In this document: positions 7,256 through 14,880 of the stretch, piece by piece
Layout: each line of letters starts with the position of its first letter
How positions within the stretch are numbered: the first letter of the stretch is position 1
IMG/VR virus record: IMGVR_UViG_3300049437_000032
Span: 1 to 42,090 of that record
Length of the DNA: 42,090 nt
Strand: one strand, 5' to 3'
Source of the DNA: a virus
Lineage: Duplodnaviria; Caudoviricetes
The notes under the pieces: generated by a model
What the model was told of the DNA's origin: nothing
The model's input: the letters and a program-made list of their open reading frames with translations, nothing else
The model's database searches: none
Position numbers and translations under genes: made by a program

Positions 7256-7592
7256 CGGTTCCCTCGACGAGGCTCTTCCACACGGTCACGGGCTGGGTGT
7301 GCGTCGTGGCATCGCCGTAGTTCGTGAAGCCATCGCGCTTGATCCAGCCGCGGCGCGCTGCCGCCCGCATCACCGCGCCCCATGCGTAGGGGCTTGGCGG
7401 GAGGTCGAGGCCCTGCGCATGCACGAGCGTGCGCACCTCGGCGGCAATCACGGGCTTGCCCGGGTGCTCGCGCAGGTAGCGATGCACGTAGTCGAGTGCG
7501 CGATCGCTCCAGCCCGGCGCCTCGGCCTCGGCATGATCGGCCGCGCGATGCATGCCGAGCTCGGCGCCCACGACGCCGGCGGCCGAGCTCAT
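7233..7592 (-). CDS. hypothetical phage protein (possible winged helix)
   Basis: ATGA-coupled; PPSPYAWGAVMRAAARRGWI motif. Confidence 0.75.
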   Translation of the reverse strand: MSSAAGVVGAELGMHRAADHAEAEAPGWSDRALDYVHRYLREHPGKPVIAAEVRTLVHAQGLDLPPSPYAWGAVMRAAARRGWIKRDGFTNYGDATTHTQPVTVWKSLVEGTGAPASAL

Positions 7593-7846
7593 GACTTCAC
7601 CGCGAGGCCGTGGGCCTCGAAGTACCGCAGCGCGAGGTTCGGCACGTGTCGCCGCTGAAACGAGCCTGTCGGCGTGCGGACCATGAGCAGCACGTCGTCG
7701 CCGGATGCGGCAATCGGCCGTAGCGCGGTTTCGGCCTCGGTGATGCGCGCGGCGAGCGCAATGTTCTGCTCGCGGAGCTCAGCAACCGACGGGTATTCCG
7801 CGGCCAGGAGGTCGAGCGCCGCGAGCTTCTGCCTGTCGAGCCTCAC
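7589..7846 (-). CDS. hypothetical protein
   Basis: GTGA-coupled start at 7846; fills the operon gap exactly. Confidence 0.65.
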   Translation of the reverse strand: MRLDRQKLAALDLLAAEYPSVAELREQNIALAARITEAETALRPIAASGDDVLLMVRTPTGSFQRRHVPNLALRYFEAHGLAVKS

Positions 7847-8529
7847 GCCGCACCGCTGGCGAGCTGCTTCTCGCACCACACGCGCACGCCCGGGCCAATG
7901 ATCGCCGCGGCGTCGCCTTTCAGCGCGCGCACCTGGGCGCCGATCTTCTTCTCGTCGGGGATCGTGAATGCGCCGTTGATCTTCGACGGATCGGTGATCT
8001 CGAATTTCCAGACCTCGCGCGTCGACAGGCCCATGACCTTCGGCGGCTCGCGCTGGATCACCGGCACCACGACGGTCGCCGCGCGCTGCGCGAGCTCGTC
8101 GGCGCGCTCGACGCGGCCGGATTCCTGCGCCTTGGCGGACTGCCGCTCGAGGCGCTCGCGCTCCTTGCGCGCGCGTTCTTCGGCCTCGGCCTGCTCACGC
8201 CGGCGGATGCGGTCCTGCTCGTCCTGGTAGGCGATCAGGCTGCGCTTAGTCACGCTCTCGGCCTGGGCGATGCGCTCGAGGCGCGGCTTGAACAGCGCAC
8301 GCACCGCGTTGAGGGTGGTCATCAGCGGCCGCGTGATGCTGTCCTGGAGCGCCTCAACGCGTTTCTGCTCGGCCTTCACTTCCTTGAGGAACTGGCCGGC
8401 GCTCTCGTACTCGGCGGGCGTGGCGATCACGAGCGCTGCGGCACGCCCGGCGATGCGCTCGGCGATCTGGCCGGCTTCGGCCACCTCCGGCGCGTTGGTG
8501 AAATCAGGCTGCGCAGATGTTGCGGCCAT
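7843..8529 (-). CDS. coiled-coil protein of the recombination module
   Basis: Long heptad-rich region followed by a small beta domain (WKFEITDPSKI..PDEKKI); adjacent to exonuclease and Bet. Confidence 0.8.
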   Translation of the reverse strand: MAATSAQPDFTNAPEVAEAGQIAERIAGRAAALVIATPAEYESAGQFLKEVKAEQKRVEALQDSITRPLMTTLNAVRALFKPRLERIAQAESVTKRSLIAYQDEQDRIRRREQAEAEERARKERERLERQSAKAQESGRVERADELAQRAATVVVPVIQREPPKVMGLSTREVWKFEITDPSKINGAFTIPDEKKIGAQVRALKGDAAAIIGPGVRVWCEKQLASGAA

Positions 8530-9100
8530 GCTTGCTTCTCCAGTTGTGGACGTTCAGGACGGATAGAAAGTTGTGCCAGTCGGTTGACTCGGTGAGGCGT
8601 TCGCTGCGGTAAGTGCCATCGCCGCGCAGTTGCACGACGCGCCGGCGGATCCGCGGTTCGTCGATCGCTTGGGCATAAGCGATGGTTTGCGGACCGACCG
8701 TGAAAGGGATGGCCGCGGTGCTCTTGATGTCGGTGAGCTCGCGCACGCCGGCGATGCGCGTGAGCGTGTCGAGCGTGCCGCAGTAGCGGTGCTTCTGATT
8801 CGCCACGCGAATTTCGCTCGCGACGATCACCGCGCGCGTGTCGGCCTGGAACTTGCGCCAGGCCTCGACGTAGGGCACGAGCGCGACGTCGAGCGTGTGC
8901 CAGTCGAGCACGCCGAGATTGTCCAGGTGGCAAGCCTGGTGGACGTGCGTACCGAACTTCGCCGCGGCCTCGAGGATGTGCGGCGGGATCCCGTCGAGCA
9001 GCTGCAACGGCTCGAGGATCTGCGTCACGCTCGGCCACACCTGACCACCGACGCGGTAGGTGTGGCTCTCGGCGTCGAATTGAAGATCAGCCGCCTGCAA
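8504..9100 (-). CDS. PD-(D/E)XK exonuclease of phage recombination module
   Basis: FDAESHTY, PSVTQIL, GTHVH, E...YCGTLD...DIKS, Q..AY motifs. Confidence 0.85.
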   Translation of the reverse strand: MQAADLQFDAESHTYRVGGQVWPSVTQILEPLQLLDGIPPHILEAAAKFGTHVHQACHLDNLGVLDWHTLDVALVPYVEAWRKFQADTRAVIVASEIRVANQKHRYCGTLDTLTRIAGVRELTDIKSTAAIPFTVGPQTIAYAQAIDEPRIRRRVVQLRGDGTYRSERLTESTDWHNFLSVLNVHNWRSKHGRNICAA

Positions 9101-10022
9101 GGCTGCGCTCTATGCCGGCGAGGTACTCGCGCGCGTTGGCCACTTGGTTCAGCGGCAGCTCATCGACGGCACCAATCTCGAAGTGTGCGCAGAACTCGCT
9201 CTCGGGAATGCCCAGGCGGTCAATGGTTCCGCGCAGCTCTTCGACCGGGACGTGAGTGACCTCGGTCTGCGTCTCGGCGCGCGCCTGCGGCGCGGTCGTG
9301 GTCGGCTTGCCCTGGGGCGCCGGCGCCAGTTCGACATCGAACGTGCGGCCTTCCATTTCCTCGGCCGCGTGCTGGCCGCCTATCTCGTCGGGAAACGCTT
9401 CGCGCAGGCCGGCGCCCTCACAGCACTTCGTCATCATCTGGACCGGCGAGCGTGTCCAGCGCGCATTTGCGACCGGTTTGCCGCTCTGCTTGTCGCGCTT
9501 CGTCGCACAGACCTCGGCGAACAGCACGCGCACCGGAAACTCAATCCGCTGCTCGGACAATTCGTGCCAGCGATACATCGTCATCGAGCACCAGGCCGGC
9601 GCCTCGATTCCGAAGATCTCGATGACCGGGCCATAAGTCGGCTCGGAGTGACCGAGATAGAGCTCGGTGCGCGTGGCGGTGGTGCGCAGCTCGTAGATCC
9701 CGGGCATTACGACGTCTCGCCACACGTAGGTGCCGGTCTTGGAATCTTTGACCTCAATCGGAACGATGTGGCACGGCTTCTTGAGCGGATCGAGCTTCCG
9801 CGCCATGCAGTAGTCCCAGACCATGAGCACCGAATTGACGTCGGCGCCGGGGTAAAGGCTGTTGACCATCGTGCGCCACTGCGCTTCGTTGATCCCGCGA
9901 CGAGCGACTGGCTCCGGCAGCGCGGGCTCGCGCGGCGCGACCGGCTGCGAAGCAGCGGGCGGCGGCGTGGTCGGTTGTGCCTGCGCCGGCGGTGCCTGGC
10001 GTGTCTGTGTGCGTGCGTGCAT
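9087..10022 (-). CDS. bet: single-strand annealing recombinase (Bet/RecT family)
   Basis: YCMARKLDPLKKPCHIVP, W...PVQMMTKCCEGAGLREAFPD....AEEM motifs. Confidence 0.9.
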   Translation of the reverse strand: MHARTQTRQAPPAQAQPTTPPPAASQPVAPREPALPEPVARRGINEAQWRTMVNSLYPGADVNSVLMVWDYCMARKLDPLKKPCHIVPIEVKDSKTGTYVWRDVVMPGIYELRTTATRTELYLGHSEPTYGPVIEIFGIEAPAWCSMTMYRWHELSEQRIEFPVRVLFAEVCATKRDKQSGKPVANARWTRSPVQMMTKCCEGAGLREAFPDEIGGQHAAEEMEGRTFDVELAPAPQGKPTTTAPQARAETQTEVTHVPVEELRGTIDRLGIPESEFCAHFEIGAVDELPLNQVANAREYLAGIERSLAGG

Positions 10023-10041
10023 GCGTGTTCTCTGTGGTGAA

Positions 10042-10236
10042 TCAGTGCCAGCGGTAGCGGCGCCAGCCGAGCCGGCGGCGCTCGCGGTTCAGCGCCATCT
10101 GCCGGACATGCGCGCGCCAGCGGCGGCGGATGAGGTAGGCGGTGATTCGCAGCTCGCGCGAGTACGCGATGCCGAGCCAGATCGCGAGCGCGAGGGCAAG
10201 ACCGACGAGCTCGGCGGGCGTGAGTGCGGCGCTCAT
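10042..10236 (-). CDS. small membrane protein with Arg-rich tail
   Basis: ATGA-coupled; hydrophobic segment LVGLALALAIWLGIAY. Confidence 0.6.
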   Translation of the reverse strand: MSAALTPAELVGLALALAIWLGIAYSRELRITAYLIRRRWRAHVRQMALNRERRRLGWRRYRWH

Positions 10237-10472
10237 GACTGGTGCCAGTGCAGCCACGCTGCGGTGGACCCTGCCGCGACGATCGTGAGGATGATCCAGG
10301 GCAGCCAGTCGTCGAGGCGGTCCCACAACGACACGCGGGTCGCCTTGGGAAACATCAAGGCGACTCGCGCGTCATCCTCTTCGCGCGTCTCCGGTGGCGC
10401 TTCGGCGCCCACGTCCTCGCCGATCCAGCGCCAGAAGGCATCAGCGACGCGGCTGCGCGACCTCTTCTTCAC
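10233..10472 (-). CDS. small protein with C-terminal transmembrane segment
   Basis: GTGA-coupled; WLPWIILTIVAAGSTAAWL. Confidence 0.6.
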   Translation of the reverse strand: MKKRSRSRVADAFWRWIGEDVGAEAPPETREEDDARVALMFPKATRVSLWDRLDDWLPWIILTIVAAGSTAAWLHWHQS

Positions 10473-10894
10473 GCTGCCGCCTTCGCGCGCTGCGCGCTGA
10501 GCATCTTCAGCTGAAGGTGGAGCGACCGCAGTTCGTCGATCTGTGGCTGTACGCCCATCGCGAGTCGGCCGGCCTTCTGCTCGATGTCGAGAACGCCCAA
10601 GGCGAGCTCCAGCGCGCCGACGAGGCCCGCGGTTGCGACGACCAGCGTTGCCAGGGGGATCTCGGCCTGCGGCGCTGGCATCACGATGCGGCGCGCCGGC
10701 CGGCGGCACCGCGGACACACTGCGGCGTAACGCCGTCCCGGCATCGGGCGGCCGTCATTGGCCTCATCGCCAAGCGACGCGCCCATGTCGGTCATATCGG
10801 GCCGCGTGCCGATCCAGTCGCAGTGTTCGCCGCTGCACGCGTAGGTCATTTCGCGTCGCAGGGGCGTGGTCACGAGATCCGCGGCAACGCTCAT
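10469..10894 (-). CDS. hypothetical zinc-ribbon protein
   Basis: ATGA-coupled to target 3; CSGEHCDWIG...CPRC. Confidence 0.7.
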   Translation of the reverse strand: MSVAADLVTTPLRREMTYACSGEHCDWIGTRPDMTDMGASLGDEANDGRPMPGRRYAAVCPRCRRPARRIVMPAPQAEIPLATLVVATAGLVGALELALGVLDIEQKAGRLAMGVQPQIDELRSLHLQLKMLSAQRAKAAA

Positions 10895-11397
10895 GCCGCG
10901 GCCTTCATGCGACGCGGAGCGCGCTTCGCACCGGTCCCAGTCCCAAGCGGCTGACCGGCGAGAACCGCGCGAACGCGCCCCCGACCGCCCTGGTGGCTGC
11001 GGTAGGAATCGCCGCCGTTGAGGAAGACGCCCCACGCGCCGCCCGAGGGGGCAGCAGCGGTGCCGGTCCATTCCCACTGATAGCGGTCCTGGACGGTGAA
11101 GTAGTTCGTGTCGATCGCGGGCCCGTAGAGCTCGTCCTCGATCAGGTGCGCGACGTACTCGAGGTGGGAGAGCGCGCGCCAGTCCGGGCGGCCGAAGAGC
11201 GTGACGGCGGCGGCCTCAGCGTTCGCGCGCTTCCAGTCGACGGCGCCGCAGGGCAGGGTGTCGCGCGTGACGGTGAAGTCGGCAGCGGGGATGTAGACCG
11301 CCGTCCAGTCCTTCGCGGACTTCGGCAGCAGCAGGCCCTTCGCGGAGACCTTGACCAGGCGCTCGGGGGAGGGCTTGGGGGCGCGGGCGGGGCTCAT
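10891..11397 (-). CDS. DGR target protein 3 (remote), DUF1566-like
   Basis: LFGRPDWRALSHLE, PAIDTNYF, WEWTGT..AWGV; paralogue of target 1; carries VR3. Confidence 0.9.
   Translation of the reverse strand: MSPARAPKPSPERLVKVSAKGLLLPKSAKDWTAVYIPAADFTVTRDTLPCGAVDWKRANAEAAAVTLFGRPDWRALSHLEYVAHLIEDELYGPAIDTNYFTVQDRYQWEWTGTAAAPSGGAWGVFLNGGDSYRSHQGGRGRVRAVLAGQPLGTGTGAKRAPRRMKAAA
10954..11058 (-). repeat. DGR variable repeat VR3 (about 6 kb from TR)
   Basis: 14 mismatches to TR, 13 at adenines and one T>G. Confidence 0.95.
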
Positions 11398-11750
11398 CGC
11401 GTCACCCGCGCGGTGAAGCGCGGAACGAAGCACCGCGTGAGGCGACCCGTCTCACGGTCCATGTGCCGATTGATCCCGCCGACGTCGTGCAGGAGGTTCG
11501 TGTCGTCAGCGGCGGCGAGAAGCTCCAAGTCGAGCGGGCAGCCGTTGGCGTGGCACGCGGTGAGATCCATCACCGTTTCGAGGATGTCGACCTTGCGGTC
11601 GGTCAGCAGGCGCACGACCGCGGCGTAGCGCACGGCGATGGCGCGGATCTGCCCCGCCTCGAAGCGGGTGACGTTGAAGCTGACCGGGCGGCTGACGCGC
11701 GGCCGGCGGCTGGAGAGAGGCGCCGCCTGAGCGGCCGAGGTGTGTTTCAT
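11394..11750 (-). CDS. DUF6874-like phage protein, first gene of the leftward early operon
   Basis: MDLTACHANGCPLDL..L..ADD.NL.HDVGGI.RH.DR.TG.L..CF.PRF; GGAG RBS. Confidence 0.8.
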   Translation of the reverse strand: MKHTSAAQAAPLSSRRPRVSRPVSFNVTRFEAGQIRAIAVRYAAVVRLLTDRKVDILETVMDLTACHANGCPLDLELLAAADDTNLLHDVGGINRHMDRETGRLTRCFVPRFTARVTR

Positions 11751-11778
11751 GTTCGCTCCATGGTCACTCACGGAGCGA

Positions 11779-11818
11779 ACAGTATACGATAGGAAACCCT
11801 AAGTCAACCGATGGAAAC
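11779..11818 (-). promoter_or_regulatory. PL-like promoter with two repressor operators
   Basis: Minus strand TTGACT (11807-11802), 17 bp, TACTGT (11784-11779); operators GTATAC-GATA-GGAAAC (11782-11797) and GTCAAC-CGAT-GGAAAC (11803-11818). Confidence 0.7.
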
Positions 11819-11825
11819 CGCAGTA

Positions 11826-12407
11826 TTACAGCCCACTGGGACTTCCCCTCGTGCGCGCTCGATCCTGCTCGGCGGTGTGCGCCTTCGACCAATAGAGAAC
11901 TTGATGCATGGCAAAATTATTGTCGCCCTTAAGGCTGTGAATCACGATCGTCTTGGGCGTGTCCCACTGCTCGTACCACGTAGCACGGCCTGCACCAATT
12001 TCACTCGCAATAGCTTTCAGCGAATCCGAACCATCTCGAATGAGCGACGGGTCAACATGGGCGGCTTCCTTTGTAGGCTTGCCGTAACGTTTCACCAGCC
12101 CGTCACTGATGCGGAAGAAGTCGAGGAATTGGTCTTGGTTCGACATACTCTCAGCGAAGAACACGTAGAAAGCATTCGTCAACTTCCCCTCTAAGAACCT
12201 GAAGATGACGCTTCCCTGGACGTCTCCAATGCGTACGTCGTAACGCCAAGTTTCGCCGTCGCGTTTGATTGGTTCACCCTCAGCGAGTAGCACCTGCTCG
12301 CGAGTATCCCCCCAGTTGTTCTGGCGAAAGTCAGGTTCGGCCGCGTCAGCGTTCAAATGGAACAGCATGAATAGCGCGGCGGATGCCCACACGAATCTTG
12401 CTTTCAC
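11826..12407 (-). CDS. exported protein with signal peptide downstream of cI (lysogenic-conversion or exclusion candidate)
   Basis: MKARFVWASAALFMLFHLNADA signal peptide; DFRQNNWGDTREQV; visibly lower GC. Confidence 0.8.
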   Translation of the reverse strand: MKARFVWASAALFMLFHLNADAAEPDFRQNNWGDTREQVLLAEGEPIKRDGETWRYDVRIGDVQGSVIFRFLEGKLTNAFYVFFAESMSNQDQFLDFFRISDGLVKRYGKPTKEAAHVDPSLIRDGSDSLKAIASEIGAGRATWYEQWDTPKTIVIHSLKGDNNFAMHQVLYWSKAHTAEQDRARTRGSPSGL

Positions 12408-12411
12408 TTCG

Positions 12412-12834
12412 CTAGGCCTCGTCTTTTGATTTTACCTTCGGTGCGTCGCGCTTCGCTGCCCGCTCACCTTCGGCACGGCTCCACGTCGCATATCTTTCGC
12501 TGTGCGCGGCTGACAGTGTAGTCACTAGGGATCGTATGTCCGCGCGGATCTCCGGTGGCAGTCGGCCATACATCTGCATGAGTTCCAACCTGTGACGAGG
12601 CAGCGCCTCTTGGCGCATGCTCGCGATGCCGGTAGCCAGCTCTCGCGGATCAATTCCAAATTCATCCGCGAGTTTAAAGAACACATCAAGGTCGATGTTC
12701 GGGCTCGCAGCAGCCTCCCATTTCGAGACCGCGGCCTTGGTCACGCCGAGCTTCTTCCCGAGTTCCGGCTGCGTCAGTTTCTTTGCTTCACGCAAGCGCT
12801 TGATACGCTGGCCGCGGGTTTCTCTAGTTTCCAT
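12412..12834 (-). CDS. cI: CI-like repressor (XRE HTH, no S24 peptidase domain)
   Basis: GQRIKRLREAKKLTQPELGKKLGVTKAAVSKWE; 140 aa; divergent from cro. Confidence 0.88.
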   Translation of the reverse strand: METRETRGQRIKRLREAKKLTQPELGKKLGVTKAAVSKWEAAASPNIDLDVFFKLADEFGIDPRELATGIASMRQEALPRHRLELMQMYGRLPPEIRADIRSLVTTLSAAHSERYATWSRAEGERAAKRDAPKVKSKDEA

Positions 12835-12900
12835 TGGGAAACAGTTTCCACCGCGAGAGGTTTCCAGTGGTTGACCATTAGGTATCGCGTGAGATACCGT
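12827..12900. promoter_or_regulatory. OR operators and PR-like promoter
   Basis: 16-bp sites GTTTCC-ATTG-GGAAAC (12827-42), GTTTCC-AGTG-GTTGAC (12860-75), GTATCG-CGTG-AGATAC (12882-97); TTGACC (12871-76), 18 bp, TACCGT (12895-900). Confidence 0.7.
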
Positions 12901-12907
12901 GCCGGGC

Positions 12908-13153
12908 ATGCGCAAGTCAGAAGCCATCGAGTACTTCGGGTCGGCGACAGCCGTTGCGCGGGCTCTTGGCATCGGAAAAGCCTTCGTCAGCAAATGGGGC
13001 GTTGAGGTTCCGCCGCGATACCAGTACGAACTGGAGCGATTGACGAAGGGAGACCCGAAAGGGGGGCTGAAGGCCGATTGGCCGCCGCGCGATAGACCAA
13101 ACATGCCGCGGGCTCGAGGCGTTCAGCGCGCTCCCAAGCTTGAGGCTGTGTAG
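12908..13153 (+). CDS. cro: Cro-like repressor (P22/N15 Cro type)
   Basis: MRKSEAIEYFGSATAVARALGIGKAFVSKWG.EVPP.YQYELERLT.G.LKAD. Confidence 0.88.
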   Translation: MRKSEAIEYFGSATAVARALGIGKAFVSKWGVEVPPRYQYELERLTKGDPKGGLKADWPPRDRPNMPRARGVQRAPKLEAV

Positions 13154-13157
13154 GTCC

Positions 13158-13376
13158 ATGCAGCGCAGCATCGCCGATCCCGACACCAACCTCGGCAGCA
13201 TTGAACAGAACGCGCAGCCTCGGCGCCGTCTTCTGTCACCTGCCCAGCTCGACGCCGCGCGCGTGATGAACACCGCGCCGGGGAGGGCGCGGTACCTCGC
13301 CGGCTTCGGCGACGCCGCGCCGCCGGACCGTCGGCCGCGTGCAGCAGTGGTTCGCATTGGTCAGCGTCGACCGTGA
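13158..13376 (+). CDS. hypothetical protein
   Basis: ATG just after the cro stop; no recognised motif. Confidence 0.35.
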   Translation: MQRSIADPDTNLGSIEQNAQPRRRLLSPAQLDAARVMNTAPGRARYLAGFGDAAPPDRRPRAAVVRIGQRRP

Positions 13377-13574
13377 ACGCCGCAACGATTTCCCCGCCCG
13401 TCCAAGCCCCGGCGCTCAGCGCAAGCGAGTCGGGAGCGCTGCCGCGACACACGTCGGCAGCCGGGCACCTTGCCGAGCTGACAGGCACCTGGGGCGCGCC
13501 TGCGGCGCCCGTTCTGTCGGCTGAAGGAGGGCGTGCGAACGCCCTACAATGCGGCTCCCTGACGGAGGTGCGTG

Positions 13575-13757
13575 ATGAAGATGCTCGCCATGCCAGCGAC
13601 CGAAGTCTTGCTGAACAGCGAAGGCTACATCGAGATCGTACAGAAGGATTCGATGGGCGAGGACGACACTGTCGTCTACTTCCCGGCGGAGCTCGGGCAC
13701 AAGATCGCGCGCGCCATCGAAGCGTTGGCGCTGGAGCACGCCGACCTGAAGCGCTGA
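13575..13757 (+). CDS. hypothetical protein
   Basis: GGAGG RBS; protein-like composition. Confidence 0.7.
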   Translation: MKMLAMPATEVLLNSEGYIEIVQKDSMGEDDTVVYFPAELGHKIARAIEALALEHADLKR

Positions 13758-13791
13758 CCGATCGGGCCGCCTCCGTCTGGAGGGCGGCCTG

Positions 13792-14880
13792 ATGCGCGAC
13801 TACGCGAAGGTCTCTCCGAAGTTCTGGATCGGCGCCACGGGCAAGCGCATCCGTACGGCAGGGCTCGAGGCGCGCGTCGTCGCGACCTACCTGCTGACGT
13901 GCCCGAGCGCGAACATGCTCGGGCTGTACTACCTACCGCTCGTCACGATCGCCCACGAAACAGGTATCCCCATCGAAGGGGCATCGAAGGCCCTTGCAAG
14001 CCTCTCCGAAGCCCAATTCTGTGCCTATGACGAGGCCTCCGAGGTCATCTGGGTGTACGAGATGGCGGCGTACCAGATCGGTGAGCAGCTCGCAGCGGGT
14101 GACAAGCAGTGCAAGGGCATCCAGAACGCCTACGACGCGCTGCCTGAAAGTCCTTTCCTGCCAGCGTTTTACGAGAAGTACGAGCACGCGTTCCATCTCA
14201 AGAAAGCTCGCGGAAATGGTGCTGAAAAGCCAAGCCCCACCGAAGCCCCTTCCAAGCCCCTCCGAAGCCAGGAACAGGAGCAGGAGATTGAACAGGAACA
14301 GGAACAGGATTCCGGACGCGCGCGCGAGCCGCGTCGGGAAGGGAAGGGAAAGCCGCTCGCTGCTCCACGTGGAACCGACCGACCCGATCCCCACGACCAA
14401 GCCCGGCGCGAACTGGTGGCGAAGTGCCAAGCGGTCTACCCCCGCGGGACGTACAGCGCCGTCGACTGGATCACGTTCGAGCGGGAAGTGGCGAAGCTGC
14501 TCGACGAGGACGAGGCAAACGGCGCCCGTATCCTCGCGTCGTGTGAGGCCTTCCGCGCGCAGTGCCAGGCCACGGGCAAGATCGGCACGCAGTACGTTCG
14601 GTCACCGGCGAAGCATCTCGTCGAGGGTCACTGGCGCCACGAACTGAAATTGCCCGTCGATCCGAAGGCGGAAGCGCTGGCAGCGTGGACAGAACGCGTT
14701 CTCCCGTTCGTACGGCGGGGAATGACCGGTCCGACACCCGGCGGCAAGGTCGATGAGGTCGTCCGCCAGGTGGGCGGCTACGTCGCGATAGGCGCGACCG
14801 ACAATTCCAAGAACCCGGCCTATCGCAATCGCTTCGTCCAGCTGTGGCCCACGGTCCAGGTCGCCGAGGTCGCAGCATGA
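13792..14880 (+). CDS. phage replication initiator protein
   Basis: MRDYAKVSPKFW...YLLTCP..NMLGLYYLP winged-helix N-terminus, QEQEQE linker, internal iterons. Confidence 0.85.
   Translation: MRDYAKVSPKFWIGATGKRIRTAGLEARVVATYLLTCPSANMLGLYYLPLVTIAHETGIPIEGASKALASLSEAQFCAYDEASEVIWVYEMAAYQIGEQLAAGDKQCKGIQNAYDALPESPFLPAFYEKYEHAFHLKKARGNGAEKPSPTEAPSKPLRSQEQEQEIEQEQEQDSGRAREPRREGKGKPLAAPRGTDRPDPHDQARRELVAKCQAVYPRGTYSAVDWITFEREVAKLLDEDEANGARILASCEAFRAQCQATGKIGTQYVRSPAKHLVEGHWRHELKLPVDPKAEALAAWTERVLPFVRRGMTGPTPGGKVDEVVRQVGGYVAIGATDNSKNPAYRNRFVQLWPTVQVAEVAA
13971..14271 (+). repeat. two clusters of four 11-bp iterons (putative phage origin)
   Basis: 13971-14014 CATCGAAGGGG/CATCGAAGGCC/CTTGCAAGCCT/CTCCGAAGCCC; 14228-14271 AGCCAAGCCCC/ACCGAAGCCCC/TTCCAAGCCCC/TCCGAAGCCAG. 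Confidence 0.65.

Noticed and set aside
4891-11058. The four 105-bp repeats as a CRISPR array or simple duplications
   Set aside because: They are dispersed, sit inside ORFs, have no spacers, and their mismatches are adenine-specific
13373-13792. 139-aa ORF after cro
   Set aside because: Low-complexity translation overlapping the better-supported 13575-13757 gene; its 5' part might be coding but I cannot support it
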